Counted from the first letter of the stretch, positions 17,839 to 27,535 are shown. The stretch is DNA of 64,000 nucleotides from Candidatus Aldehydirespiratoraceae bacterium (GCA_965198365.1 OZ240617.1:195938-259937), one strand, 5' to 3'. Program-made: numbers and translations. Notes: generated from the sequence alone by a model not told the origin.

Positions 17839-18579
17839 TCAGCTGGTGATGGCTCCGCCGTTGAGGTTGATTGTCTGGCCGGTTATCCAACTGGACTCTT
17901 CGCTGGCGAGGTAAACGCAGACAGCTCCGACATCGGCGGAGGCGCCGAGGCGTTTGACGGGAATCCCGCGGGCGAGATGTTTGGTGAGGTCTCCACCGCC
18001 GTAGTTGTCCATCAAGCCGAGGGCAACGCTGTTTGCGGTAACCCCGAATGAGGCGTTCTCCAAGGCCAACGACCGCATGAACCCCAGCCCACCGCCCTTG
18101 CCTGCCGAGTAGGGCGCCACACCAATGTCGACACCGGACGAACCCGCCCCCGACGAGATGGTGATGATGCGCCCCCAGCCTGTGTCGACCATCGGGTTGA
18201 TCACCGCGTGCACGCAGTTGAGCACGCCGCGCAGGTTGACCTCGATGGGGCCGTCCCACTCGGCGGGCTCCATCTCCCGGAACGGTCTGGGGCGCATCTG
18301 TTCAGCCCCGCCGTTGCCGGCGTTGTTGACGAGAATGTGAACGGGCGGGTGGTTGGCGAGTTCGGTTTGGATCGCGTCGAGGTCGGTGACGTCGAATGCT
18401 GCGGCTGCTGCTGAACCGCCGGCCGCCGTCAGTTGATCGGCGACCGCTTCTGCTCGCTCCGGGAGAAGGTCGTTGACCAGCACGTGAGCGCCTTGGGTTG
18501 CCAGAGCCGCGGCGATACCTGCCCCCATGTTCTGCCCCGCCCCGGTCACCAAAGCGGTCTTGTTGGATAGATCAAACAT
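17839..18579 (-). CDS. SDR family oxidoreductase (FabG-like)
   Basis: TGAGQNMG cofactor motif, NNAG, and a catalytic YSAGK (YxxxK). Confidence 0.8.
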   Translation of the reverse strand: MFDLSNKTALVTGAGQNMGAGIAAALATQGAHVLVNDLLPERAEAVADQLTAAGGSAAAAAFDVTDLDAIQTELANHPPVHILVNNAGNGGAEQMRPRPFREMEPAEWDGPIEVNLRGVLNCVHAVINPMVDTGWGRIITISSGAGSSGVDIGVAPYSAGKGGGLGFMRSLALENASFGVTANSVALGLMDNYGGGDLTKHLARGIPVKRLGASADVGAVCVYLASEESSWITGQTINLNGGAITS

Positions 18580-18639
18580 CCACTTGACGCTAGCCGAGAC
18601 AAGTCTGCTTGCTGAAACCCCCGTGCGGCTCCCGCTGAG

Positions 18640-18740
18640 CCCGGCGACAGAACAGCGCGGCTCCGTTCGCCCGGCGACAGCACAGCGCCAGGCGACAGAA
18701 CAGCGCGGCTCCGGTTGCGCCCGGCGACAGCACAGCGCCC
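18640..18740. repeat. two tandem ~50-bp units, each holding two GGCGACAG(A/C)ACAGCGC cores
   Basis: Cores start at 18643, 18673, 18691 and 18723. The array lies between the SDR gene start and the glnS start. Confidence 0.8.
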
Positions 18741-18776
18741 GGCGTTAACACCGCAACACCGCGTAGCCTGAGGTGT

Positions 18777-20489
18777 GTGAAAGAAACCCCCACCGGTTCG
18801 ACCAGCAACTCGGGAACCGACTTCATACGGGAGATGCTCACCAGAGACGCCGACGACGGACCCTACAGAGGGCGCGTCCAGACCCGCTTCCCTCCAGAAC
18901 CCAACGGGTACCTGCACATCGGACACGCCAAATCGATCTCCCTCAACTTCGGTGTCGCTGAAGAGTTCGACGGTGTGTGCCGTTTGAGGTTCGACGACAC
19001 CAACCCGGAGACCGAGGACGCCAGCTTCATCGACGCGATCCGCCAAGACGTGGCGTGGCTGGGGTTCGAACCCGGCGAGTCTGCCTATGCGTCGGACTAT
19101 TTCGCACAGCTGGCCGCATGGGCCGAACAACTCATCCGCGACGGACTTGCCTACGTCGACGACCAGGACGCCGAGACGATCTCGGCAAACAGGGGCGGAT
19201 TCACCACGCCAGGTGTCAACAGCCCCAATCGGGACCGGACCGTTGAGGAAAACCTTGACCTCTTCGCCCGAATGCGCGCCGGCGAGTTCGCCGACGGCGA
19301 GAAAGTGCTGAGAGCCAAGATCGACATGGCCCACGACAACATGGCCATGCGGGACCCGGTCATGTACCGCATCCGCAACGCCCACCACTTCCGCACCGGC
19401 GACGAATGGAAGATCTATCCGACCTATGACTGGGCGCATGGGCAGAGCGATGCGGTTGAAGGAACGACGCATTCGCTGTGCACGCTCGAGTTCGACACGC
19501 ATCGGCCGTTGTACGACTGGTTCATCGAACACCTCGGGCTTGGCAACGACCATCCCCGCCAGACGGAGTTCGCCCGACTCAACCTCACCCACACCGTGAT
19601 GTCGAAACGCAAACTGTTGGAACTGGTTCGCGACGGTCATGTCGACGGCTGGGACGATCCCCGCATGCCCACGCTGCGGGGCCTGCGCCGACGGGGCTAC
19701 CCGCCCGAAGCGATCCGTGCGTTCTGTGCGCACATCGGTGTAGCCCGGGTCAACGGCACCCACGAGATAGAGCTGCTCGAATCGTTCGTGCGAACCCATC
19801 ACAACCGGCACGCCCTGCGGCGGATGGCCGTGCTCGATCCGGTCGAGTTGGTGATCGACAACTGGCCGGGGGGCTTGATCGATCAGCGTCCGGCTGTCAA
19901 CAATCCCGAAGACGAATCGGCCGGTACCCGCATGGTGCCGTTCAGCGGCAGATTATGGATCGAGCGCGGCGACTTCATGGTCGACCCGCCCAAGAAGTTC
20001 TTCAGGCTCGCGCCCGGTCGCGAGGTACGCCTGCGTGCGGGATACCTCATCACCTGCACCGATGTTGAGACCGACGCCGACGGTGAGGTGGTGCGTATTC
20101 ACTGCAGCTACGACCCTGAAACCGCTGGTGGGCAGGCTCCCGATGGCCGCAAGGTGAAAGCCACGATCCACTGGGTGTCGGCTGACCACGCGCTCGACGG
20201 CACGGTCATGCTCTATGACCGGCTCTTCACCGACCCCTTTCCCGGCGCCGACGGCGCCGACCCACTCGCTTCGCTGAACCCCACCTCGCGTGAAGTGCGC
20301 ACCGGCTGCAAACTCGAACCTGCCCTCGCCGACACCCCAGCAGGCCAGGTGGTGCAGTTCGAACGGCTCGGGTATTTTGCCCACGACCAGCAAGACCCGC
20401 TGACCTTCCACCGCACCGTCGGTCTGCGCGACGAATGGGCCAACCTGCAGAAGCGCCAAGCCCAACAAAGTCGGACTCGACGGCGCTGA
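18777..20489 (+). CDS. glnS: glutamine--tRNA ligase
   Basis: Class I signatures PEPNGYLHIGHAKS (HIGH) and VMSKRKL (KMSKS). 570 aa with a GlnRS-type C-terminal anticodon-binding region. Confidence 0.85.
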   Translation: MKETPTGSTSNSGTDFIREMLTRDADDGPYRGRVQTRFPPEPNGYLHIGHAKSISLNFGVAEEFDGVCRLRFDDTNPETEDASFIDAIRQDVAWLGFEPGESAYASDYFAQLAAWAEQLIRDGLAYVDDQDAETISANRGGFTTPGVNSPNRDRTVEENLDLFARMRAGEFADGEKVLRAKIDMAHDNMAMRDPVMYRIRNAHHFRTGDEWKIYPTYDWAHGQSDAVEGTTHSLCTLEFDTHRPLYDWFIEHLGLGNDHPRQTEFARLNLTHTVMSKRKLLELVRDGHVDGWDDPRMPTLRGLRRRGYPPEAIRAFCAHIGVARVNGTHEIELLESFVRTHHNRHALRRMAVLDPVELVIDNWPGGLIDQRPAVNNPEDESAGTRMVPFSGRLWIERGDFMVDPPKKFFRLAPGREVRLRAGYLITCTDVETDADGEVVRIHCSYDPETAGGQAPDGRKVKATIHWVSADHALDGTVMLYDRLFTDPFPGADGADPLASLNPTSREVRTGCKLEPALADTPAGQVVQFERLGYFAHDQQDPLTFHRTVGLRDEWANLQKRQAQQSRTRRR

Positions 20490-20706
20490 AACCGGCAGCG
20501 GCGGCCTTAGGGCGTTGGCGGGTAGGCGCTGGCCTGCGTAGACGCCCGAACCTTCGGCTATGGCTGCGGTCCCCTGACCTGCGGCTTTGCCGCCCACTTT
20601 TTGTGTCTGGGCAGGCTGAGCCGAAAATCTGCGCGTTCTACTACATCTAGTGTGGTTAATCGCGCAGATTTAGCTGTGACCACCAGGAGAATCGGTGGAT
20701 TCAGGG

Positions 20707-21663
20707 TTAGAGGGCGGTGAGGTTGTGGAGGTAGGGCCAGGCGGTTTCTGGGGGGATACCGCCGCACAGCGGTTGTAGGGAGAGAACGCCGTACTGGTCG
20801 CGGAGCTGGCGGGCATCGTCGATGGTGACGATCCTGTAGGCACCATTCTGGGCTCGGAGTTCAGCGACTGTAGTTGCGCTCGACAACGAAGCGGAGGCGA
20901 CCTCGCCCATCCACTCCTTGTACATGACCGCATCGTGAAGGAGATGAGGGCCAAGGGACTGCCAAGCCGCATCGGTGTCGTCGGACACAAACAAAGAAGT
21001 TGGGGAACCAACCGGCGGCGACATGCACATGCCAGGGGGATTGCCGGCCTTGACCGCAGCCTTGTCGTAAGCCGCTGCCAGGGCCGGGTCGCCGTGTTGA
21101 GGCAGCAACATCAAGCCGCGGCGAGCGGCCCGCCGTGCCGCGGCCACAGTGCCACCGCCGTAGGCGATCATCGGGCCGCCGACGGTCAACGGCTCGGGCG
21201 TGACATGCACGGTGCGACCACGCCAATCGAAACGTTCTCCGGCCAGGGCTCGCTTCAACACATCGAGGTGTTCGTCCATAAGCACACCACGCTTCGACGG
21301 ATCGACACCGAACATTGCGCATTCTTCGGCCCGGTAACCGAGGCCGACCGTGAAACTGACTCGGCCGCCGCTGAGATGGTCGAGCACGATCATGTCTTCG
21401 GCGAGCTTGACCGGGTCGTACATCAACGCCAACAGGGCCCCCACATTGAGCGGCAGCGAGGTTGTGCGCGCCGCAGCCGCTGAAGCCATGACGACCGGTG
21501 ACGGCAGGTAGCCGTCGCTGGCGCTGTGGTGCTCGGAGAACATCGCCATCATCGCCCCGTTGGCCTCTCCCCATTCGCACATATCGAGGGCGGCACCGTA
21601 GAGCTCGCCCATCGTGGCGTCGGATTGCGGCCCGAGTCGAAAATCGAATCGAAGAATGAACAT
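20707..21663 (-). CDS. LLM-class (luciferase-like) flavin/F420-dependent oxidoreductase
   Basis: 318 aa with the typical LLM layout (LDHLSGGRVSFTVGLGY). Confidence 0.7.
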   Translation of the reverse strand: MFILRFDFRLGPQSDATMGELYGAALDMCEWGEANGAMMAMFSEHHSASDGYLPSPVVMASAAAARTTSLPLNVGALLALMYDPVKLAEDMIVLDHLSGGRVSFTVGLGYRAEECAMFGVDPSKRGVLMDEHLDVLKRALAGERFDWRGRTVHVTPEPLTVGGPMIAYGGGTVAAARRAARRGLMLLPQHGDPALAAAYDKAAVKAGNPPGMCMSPPVGSPTSLFVSDDTDAAWQSLGPHLLHDAVMYKEWMGEVASASLSSATTVAELRAQNGAYRIVTIDDARQLRDQYGVLSLQPLCGGIPPETAWPYLHNLTAL

Positions 21664-21701
21664 GGCGTTCAGCTTTCCCCGTCGTGGCGGCCGAGTCGAA
21701 A

Positions 21702-22487
21702 TCAGCCCAGGATTTCCCGCAACACTGCAAAATCAGCGACCGCGGCCGCAAACAGCTTCTCGGGCTCGTTGTCAGTCTCGCTGAGCGTCCCGTCGACGAA
21801 CTCGAGGCTCCAGGTGCCGTTGAATCCCAGCTCGCCGAGCAGATCGACCGTTGCGGTGAACTCGTCTCGAATCTCAGCCAACGGTGGTGCCTTCAGGTTG
21901 AGGTGGTTGATGTGCACGTGACAGATGCGCTCGCCGTAGGCATCGAAGCGCGCTCGGAGCAGGTCGTGGCTGTCGTGGGTGTGAACCAGCGCACCCACCG
22001 CCTCAGGAGGTCCGCCGGCGGCCAACACTCTGGCTGCGGTTTCGGGATCATCCATCGCCGAACCGTCGTGGCATTCGCACACGGCCTGCACGCCCGGCAA
22101 CTCGCCGACCCAGCGGGCGAGCCGCTCGCCGTAGGCATCGAGCGATGCGGCGTCACGGGCGGCACCGGTGTTCCACTTGACCTTGCGGGCGCCGCTGCGA
22201 ACAGCCATTTCAGCGGCCTGTTGTCGGATTGTGTCGGACTCGTCGTCGAAGCTGCCGTAGGTGTTGTACACGGCCACCCCGAGTTCGTGCCCGAAGATCA
22301 TCTCCAACTCGGCTGGGTCGGCTTCGGTGGCGTGAGCTTCCCACAGTTCAATCCCGTTGAATCCGGTATCAAGGATTCGGTCGAGCCATTGGCTGGCCGC
22401 GATCGTGGCCCAGCGGTCTTGAGTGATCCCAAACCAACGGTTGGGTTCCAACGCGATCGTCGCAAGATATATCTGAGCAGTTGGCAT
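21702..22487 (-). CDS. sugar phosphate isomerase/epimerase (xylose isomerase-like TIM barrel)
   Basis: 261 aa with a TIM-barrel AP-endonuclease-2-like pattern (GFNGIELW, HVHINH). Confidence 0.65.
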   Translation of the reverse strand: MPTAQIYLATIALEPNRWFGITQDRWATIAASQWLDRILDTGFNGIELWEAHATEADPAELEMIFGHELGVAVYNTYGSFDDESDTIRQQAAEMAVRSGARKVKWNTGAARDAASLDAYGERLARWVGELPGVQAVCECHDGSAMDDPETAARVLAAGGPPEAVGALVHTHDSHDLLRARFDAYGERICHVHINHLNLKAPPLAEIRDEFTATVDLLGELGFNGTWSLEFVDGTLSETDNEPEKLFAAAVADFAVLREILG

Positions 22488-22492
22488 GTGCT

Positions 22493-22569
<77 letters not shown>

Positions 22570-22618
22570 AACAGCGGTTCAGTGTACGCCAACTTCGTGG
22601 AGGCCCGACAACCTTTAA

Positions 22619-23065
22619 TCAGGTCGGCGCACCAGTCATTGCAACCGGCTCGAGAACCACGACTGGAATCTCTCGATCAGTCTTGGACTCATAGGCGGCG
22701 TAATGCTTGAACTCGGAGACGGCCGCATTCCAGATCTCTCGTCGTTCGTCCCCTGAGGTGATCCGAGCGTTCATCTTCCTGGTGCCGTCTGCCGTACGCA
22801 CAGTGACCGCTGAGTTGTCGAGCAAATTCAGGAACCACGCCGGGTGGTTGTCGTTCCCACCAGCAGAGGCGATCAATGCCATCCGGTCGCCGTCCTGCCA
22901 CGGCGCAGTCAGCAAAACCGAACGGGGTAGACCGCTCTTGCGTCCGATGGTGGTGAGCTCAAGGACCGGCATCTTGGCCCCGGTCCAACCGATCTTCCCG
23001 CGGCTGACGGCTATTGCTGCGCCGTGAAAGCGATTCAAGGCTTTGAAGGCAAAATCGGAAGGCAT
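22619..23065 (-). CDS. deazaflavin (F420)-dependent nitroreductase family protein (Ddn/DUF385)
   Basis: Motifs LELTTIGRKSGLPRSVLL and GGNDNHPAWFLNL. Confidence 0.75.
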   Translation of the reverse strand: MPSDFAFKALNRFHGAAIAVSRGKIGWTGAKMPVLELTTIGRKSGLPRSVLLTAPWQDGDRMALIASAGGNDNHPAWFLNLLDNSAVTVRTADGTRKMNARITSGDERREIWNAAVSEFKHYAAYESKTDREIPVVVLEPVAMTGAPT

Positions 23066-23288
23066 GACAAGGGGTCTTTCAGTTGGCGGAATCTTAGTTG
23101 ATGACTTGCGGTTACGGAGAGACTGATCAAGTAGCGAGGGCGGTGATGGGGACGATGGAGATGCCGTCGGGATGTTCGTAGGCGTAGCCGGTGGCGGTGA
23201 TGATGATGAGGCGGGATGGCGTCCAAGTGCCTGTTTATGGGCACTTCACACGCCTATTTATGGAGCCTTTCGGCAGGCTGGATCTTAG

Positions 23289-24188
23289 TTGATGACTAGC
23301 GGTTACGATCGGGTTGTGTCGAACGTTCCCAGTCCATCCGTGGGCGGTCATGACGTGATATCCGCGGCACTGACGAGTACAGGGTTCAGGTACGCCGATA
23401 CCGGGGGTGATGGGCGGGTAGTGGTGCTGCTGCATGGGGTGTTGATGAGTGGCAGCTTGTGGGACGAGGTCGTTGATGGCCTGCGAGACCGATACCGCTG
23501 CATTGTCTTGGAACTCCCGTTCGGGGCGCATCGCACGCCGATGCCCGACGATGCTGCACTTGACCTGGAATCGATCGCGACCATGATCGCCGAAACCCTT
23601 GAAGAGCTTGACCTGCACGACGTCACGTTGGTGTGCAACGACTGGGGCGGTGCGCAACTCGTTGTCAGTCCCGGCGGGTCTGATCGCGTGGCACGGCTCG
23701 TGCTGGTCTCTTGCGAGGCGTTCGACAACTATCCGCCAGGTCTGCCCGGTCGACTGCTGTGTCTCAACGCAGCAATACCAGGCGGGACTTTCATGACTGC
23801 GCAGATGTTGCGACCTCGATGGCTTCGGCATCTCCCGTTGACGTTCGGTGGCCTGTCCAAAAAACGGGTACCGAACGACCTGTTCATGAGCTGGCTCGAC
23901 CCGTTGCTTCACAACAGCAAAGTTCGCCGCGATCTGAGTAAGTACCTTCGATCCGTGCCCAAAAAGCAGCAGTTACTTGAATGGGCTGAGCAGCAGCGGT
24001 CATTCTGGGGTCCGGTTCTCATCGTCTGGGCACGCGAGGACAAGTTGATGCCGCCCGCTCACGCTGAACGGCTGGCGGAGCATTTTGATGACTCTCAGCT
24101 GGTCTGGGTTGACGACAGCCGCACGCTGATCCCAATCGACCAACCAGCTGTCCTTACGGCCAGCCTCCGAACGTTCCTAGCCCAATAG
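23289..24188 (+). CDS. alpha/beta hydrolase (haloalkane dehalogenase-like fold)
   Basis: HG oxyanion motif (VVLLHGV) and a nucleophile elbow CNDWGG. 299 aa. Confidence 0.7.
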   Translation: MMTSGYDRVVSNVPSPSVGGHDVISAALTSTGFRYADTGGDGRVVVLLHGVLMSGSLWDEVVDGLRDRYRCIVLELPFGAHRTPMPDDAALDLESIATMIAETLEELDLHDVTLVCNDWGGAQLVVSPGGSDRVARLVLVSCEAFDNYPPGLPGRLLCLNAAIPGGTFMTAQMLRPRWLRHLPLTFGGLSKKRVPNDLFMSWLDPLLHNSKVRRDLSKYLRSVPKKQQLLEWAEQQRSFWGPVLIVWAREDKLMPPAHAERLAEHFDDSQLVWVDDSRTLIPIDQPAVLTASLRTFLAQ

Positions 24189-24224
24189 ACATGCTTAAAA
24201 GCGCTCCTATCCCGGAAGCGGTGC

Positions 24225-24602
24225 TCAGACGCGGTGATTGCCGAGGGTGGATCCGAGCCGTTTGATGTCGTCCGGATCGCTCGTGACGACAGTTGCTCCA
24301 AGTCGGTGAGCGCATACGGCCACATGCCCGTCGACAACGTCAGATGTCTCGGTCGCAGCTAGCAGAAGACCAACACTTCTGGCTTCGGCGTGGTCCATCG
24401 AGACGACATCGGTGTTGGGCATCCTCAGCAGAGCCCCGAGGCGGGCTTGGCGGCTGGGATTACGCCACGCCTGAGCTACACATCCCGCGGGAACGGTCAA
24501 GGTTCCTTTGGTTCGTCTCGCTTCGGAAACCAGATTTGCAACGAAGCGGTCCCCGCGCTCCAAGGCAATCAGAGCGCCGGTGTCCAACACGACGGCGTTC
24601 AT
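24225..24602 (-). CDS. vapC: PIN-domain toxin (VapC family)
   Basis: N-terminal VVLDTGALIAL. Overlaps the upstream antitoxin gene by 4 nt. Confidence 0.75.
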   Translation of the reverse strand: MNAVVLDTGALIALERGDRFVANLVSEARRTKGTLTVPAGCVAQAWRNPSRQARLGALLRMPNTDVVSMDHAEARSVGLLLAATETSDVVDGHVAVCAHRLGATVVTSDPDDIKRLGSTLGNHRV

Positions 24603-24859
24603 CGCGCAGCATCACCGGCCAACAGGCGACGGGCTTCTGCCCTCTCCTCGTCGGTAGGCGGTCCGCCTGTGGCCTCGAGCATCTCAGCGAGCATCGCGTC
24701 GAACGAAGTTTCGGCTGCGAGTTGACTGGCCACGGCGTGTTCGACGTAGGCCGAGACACTTCGTGCCTCGCCCGCCTCAACTGCCGACTTGACGCGCGCC
24801 AGCACATCGGCATCGATGGTGACTGCGATCTTGGCCTTCGGAACAGTCATACCAGTCAT
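24599..24859 (-). CDS. vapB: ribbon-helix-helix antitoxin (VapB/CopG-like)
   Basis: Reads MTGMTVPKAKIAVTIDADVLARVKSAV. Start chosen at the internal ATG 24859; the ORF-track start at 24934 is less likely. Confidence 0.65.
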   Translation of the reverse strand: MTGMTVPKAKIAVTIDADVLARVKSAVEAGEARSVSAYVEHAVASQLAAETSFDAMLAEMLEATGGPPTDEERAEARRLLAGDAAR

Positions 24860-24994
24860 CCTACCTCTATGGATCGAATTGCTGCAAGGTCGATCCCCAT
24901 GGCCACACCATAGTTCACTCGCCGTGACTCTCAACCATGATACTATGAAAATCTATGAAAATAGGTAAAGAGTTCGTCGGTACTGGTTGTCAAT

Positions 24995-25270
24995 GTGCAC
25001 GGTGATACACCGGGTGTTACACTCAAGCGCGTGCCAACTTCTCGACCTCGTCATCCAGTGACCGAAACGGACGACATCGCTGCGGTTCTTGACGAAGCGT
25101 CGCGGCGATGGTCAGGCACGCCCCGAGCCAAGCTCATTCGCCTCGTATTGCTGGATTGGGCTAGTGGAGGTCGTTCGCCGTCGGCGCGTGCTCAAGCGCG
25201 TGAGGATTTAACGGGTTCGCTTCCTGGTTCTTCGCACTTGTATCAACGTGCTGCAGACTGGCCCGAGTGA
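24995..25270 (+). CDS. putative antitoxin of the adjacent PIN toxin
   Basis: 91-aa ORF whose stop overlaps the PIN gene start (GTGA). No strong motif. Confidence 0.5.
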   Translation: MHGDTPGVTLKRVPTSRPRHPVTETDDIAAVLDEASRRWSGTPRAKLIRLVLLDWASGGRSPSARAQAREDLTGSLPGSSHLYQRAADWPE

Positions 25271-25653
25271 TTGTTGCCGACGCAAGCTGGGTCGTGGCGT
25301 TGCGTGATCCGAGTGATCGCCACCACCGTCGAGCGGTGGCTGTCAACTACGAGATCGGAAGCGAGAATTCGCTTCTGCACCCGGTGACCCTGGCTGAGTG
25401 CCTCGTTGCGCCTGCCCGACTAGGGGTCCTTGATGAAGCTTCCGCACGACTGCAAGCGGCATTCGACATCGACATCGTCGATCCCGGAGCTCCCTTGAGA
25501 TGGGCGAAGCTGCGAGCCGAGACCCCGCTGAGGCTTCCTGACGTCATCGTGCTTGACACCGCCTTGAACCGACATGCCCGAGCTGTTGCCACATTTGACG
25601 AGCAACTGCAGACCTGCTCAGCCGATTACGGTCTTGATGTCCTGGGAACTTGA
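25267..25653 (+). CDS. vapC: PIN-domain toxin (VapC family)
   Basis: N-terminal MIVADASWVVAL and a later acidic residue in LDTAL. 128 aa. Confidence 0.7.
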   Translation: MIVADASWVVALRDPSDRHHRRAVAVNYEIGSENSLLHPVTLAECLVAPARLGVLDEASARLQAAFDIDIVDPGAPLRWAKLRAETPLRLPDVIVLDTALNRHARAVATFDEQLQTCSADYGLDVLGT

Positions 25654-25755
25654 CCATCTTGATTCTGTGGGCACCGCAAGACCCGTGCTTCGGGAATGCG
25701 GAGTTACGATGACCGCCCGGACTCAAGGACCCAAGGACCCAGGCGGTGCAATCAC

Positions 25756-26502
25756 ATGGACCTCGCAATCGACGGCTTGATATTCGACCTGGACAACACG
25801 CTGTTCGACTTTGAGAACGCCTTCGCCGGAGTCGCCAACAGCTTCTACGAACAGCACCTCCAGACAACGACGGCAGTCAGCTGCGCTGATGCCGTGGCGA
25901 TGATGACTCGCTGGGACCACGACCTACACGCCACCACGCAATACGTACCCAACTTGAAGGAACGGCGATTCGCTCGTTGGTTGAGCGAATGGCCCGATAC
26001 TGGCCTGGACATCGCAGCGTTGAACCGATGGTACGACAACGCAATGGACCAGCAGATGCAACCCGACCCGGAGGTCAACAGTTTCCTTGGCTACCTCAAC
26101 CAACGAGCGGTGCCGTGGGGCATCGTCACCAACGGGCCGAGCGGGATGCAGCGCCACAAATGCCAAGCATTGGACCTAGACCAGATAGCGCCCTTCATCG
26201 TCATCTCGGAAGAGGTCGGCTACGCCAAACCCGACCACAGGATCTTCCGTGATGCCCTCGATGCGACCGGGCTTGACAGCCCTGAGCAGGTGGTGTTCGT
26301 CGGCGACAGCCCTGCAACCGACATAGACGGAGCCAAACGCTTCGGAATGAGAACCGCATGGGTTCGGCGAGGCCGACAGTTCCCCTCCGAATTGCCACCA
26401 CCCGATCACACGATCGATTCCGTCACCGAAATACGTCACCTGATCGACACCGAGCCAAACCCAGTCACAGCGGCGGAAGGGCCGACAATCCCCGCCCGCT
26501 AG
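25756..26502 (+). CDS. HAD family hydrolase
   Basis: Start at ATG 25756 (MDLAIDGLIFDLDNTLFDF), which includes the DxDxT motif I. Also has TNG (motif II) and GDSPATD (motif IV). Confidence 0.75.
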   Translation: MDLAIDGLIFDLDNTLFDFENAFAGVANSFYEQHLQTTTAVSCADAVAMMTRWDHDLHATTQYVPNLKERRFARWLSEWPDTGLDIAALNRWYDNAMDQQMQPDPEVNSFLGYLNQRAVPWGIVTNGPSGMQRHKCQALDLDQIAPFIVISEEVGYAKPDHRIFRDALDATGLDSPEQVVFVGDSPATDIDGAKRFGMRTAWVRRGRQFPSELPPPDHTIDSVTEIRHLIDTEPNPVTAAEGPTIPAR

Positions 26503-26567
26503 ACACACGATCGACCATCGCGTCACCTCGTCGATCACGGTCAGTTCGTCGTAGAGAGGTGATGCCG

Positions 26568-27521
26568 TCAATCGGTGATGCGGAAGTTGCTGATTTGGAT
26601 GTCGTCAACGCCGTAGTCCGCGAAGTTGTCGTCGGCCCGTCCCTTGATGAACTCGCGCCAACTGAACCGGCGGTAGTGAGGTTGTCCGGTAAGCAACACA
26701 TCGATCGGCGCGATCATGCAATCACGGGGAGGGTTCGAAAAGAACGGGATGCTGTAGCGGGATCTCTTAGTCATGGGAACGACCCGATGAACCGCCGCCT
26801 TGTAACGGTCATTGGTCCACACCTGCATAGTGTCGGCCAGGTTCACGACAATGGTCCCGGGCCGGGGTTCAATATCGATCCAGCCGTGCTTGACCGATTC
26901 TGCTTGGAGTCCGCCAGTGTCGTCTTGCAGCAACAGGGTGAGCACTCCAGGGTCCGTGTGATAGCCCAAAGCGGTTTCCCCGAGCGGGTTCAACCCTTCG
27001 CGCTCCGTCTCCGGGACAGGATCCCCGACCGGGTAGTAGTTGAGACGCACAGTACTGGTGGAACGCATGCTCGTGTGGCTCTGCGCCACCTCTTGGGGCA
27101 GCCCCAAAGTGTGATGCAACAAACCGAGAGTCCTCGACGCGAGCGCAGCGAAAGCATCGAAGAATTGCTCCATCGTCTCGCGGAAACCGTCTACTCCTTG
27201 TGGCCAACAGTTCGGGTTGTGCTCGAGGGGAATCTCAGGATCGATGAAGTCGAACACCTCCTTGTGGTCCCGTTTGCGTTTAGTGAGTTCACGGTCGAAC
27301 CAACCGAGCATCGAGTCGGGATTCCGGCGAATCGACTCCTTCACTCCTGGCGGTGAATCAAAGAACTGGCGTGTGGCACGCCAGGCCTGGTCGATCAGGT
27401 CGTCGAGGCCGTGGCCTTCGAGGAGAAAGAAGCCATGATCGGCGCACGCAGCCTCAAGCGCCTCAAGCGACGCCGCTGACGGCTCAGCAATGTCAATAGT
27501 CGGAACCAGATCCATCTCCAA
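26568..27521 (-). CDS. 2OG-Fe(II) oxygenase (isopenicillin N synthase family)
   Basis: HTDPGVLTLLLQD (HxD), a distal H in AAVHRV and an RYSIPFF motif. Confidence 0.8.
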   Translation of the reverse strand: MEMDLVPTIDIAEPSAASLEALEAACADHGFFLLEGHGLDDLIDQAWRATRQFFDSPPGVKESIRRNPDSMLGWFDRELTKRKRDHKEVFDFIDPEIPLEHNPNCWPQGVDGFRETMEQFFDAFAALASRTLGLLHHTLGLPQEVAQSHTSMRSTSTVRLNYYPVGDPVPETEREGLNPLGETALGYHTDPGVLTLLLQDDTGGLQAESVKHGWIDIEPRPGTIVVNLADTMQVWTNDRYKAAVHRVVPMTKRSRYSIPFFSNPPRDCMIAPIDVLLTGQPHYRRFSWREFIKGRADDNFADYGVDDIQISNFRITD

Positions 27522-27535
27522 TGAAGCTAGCCAAA

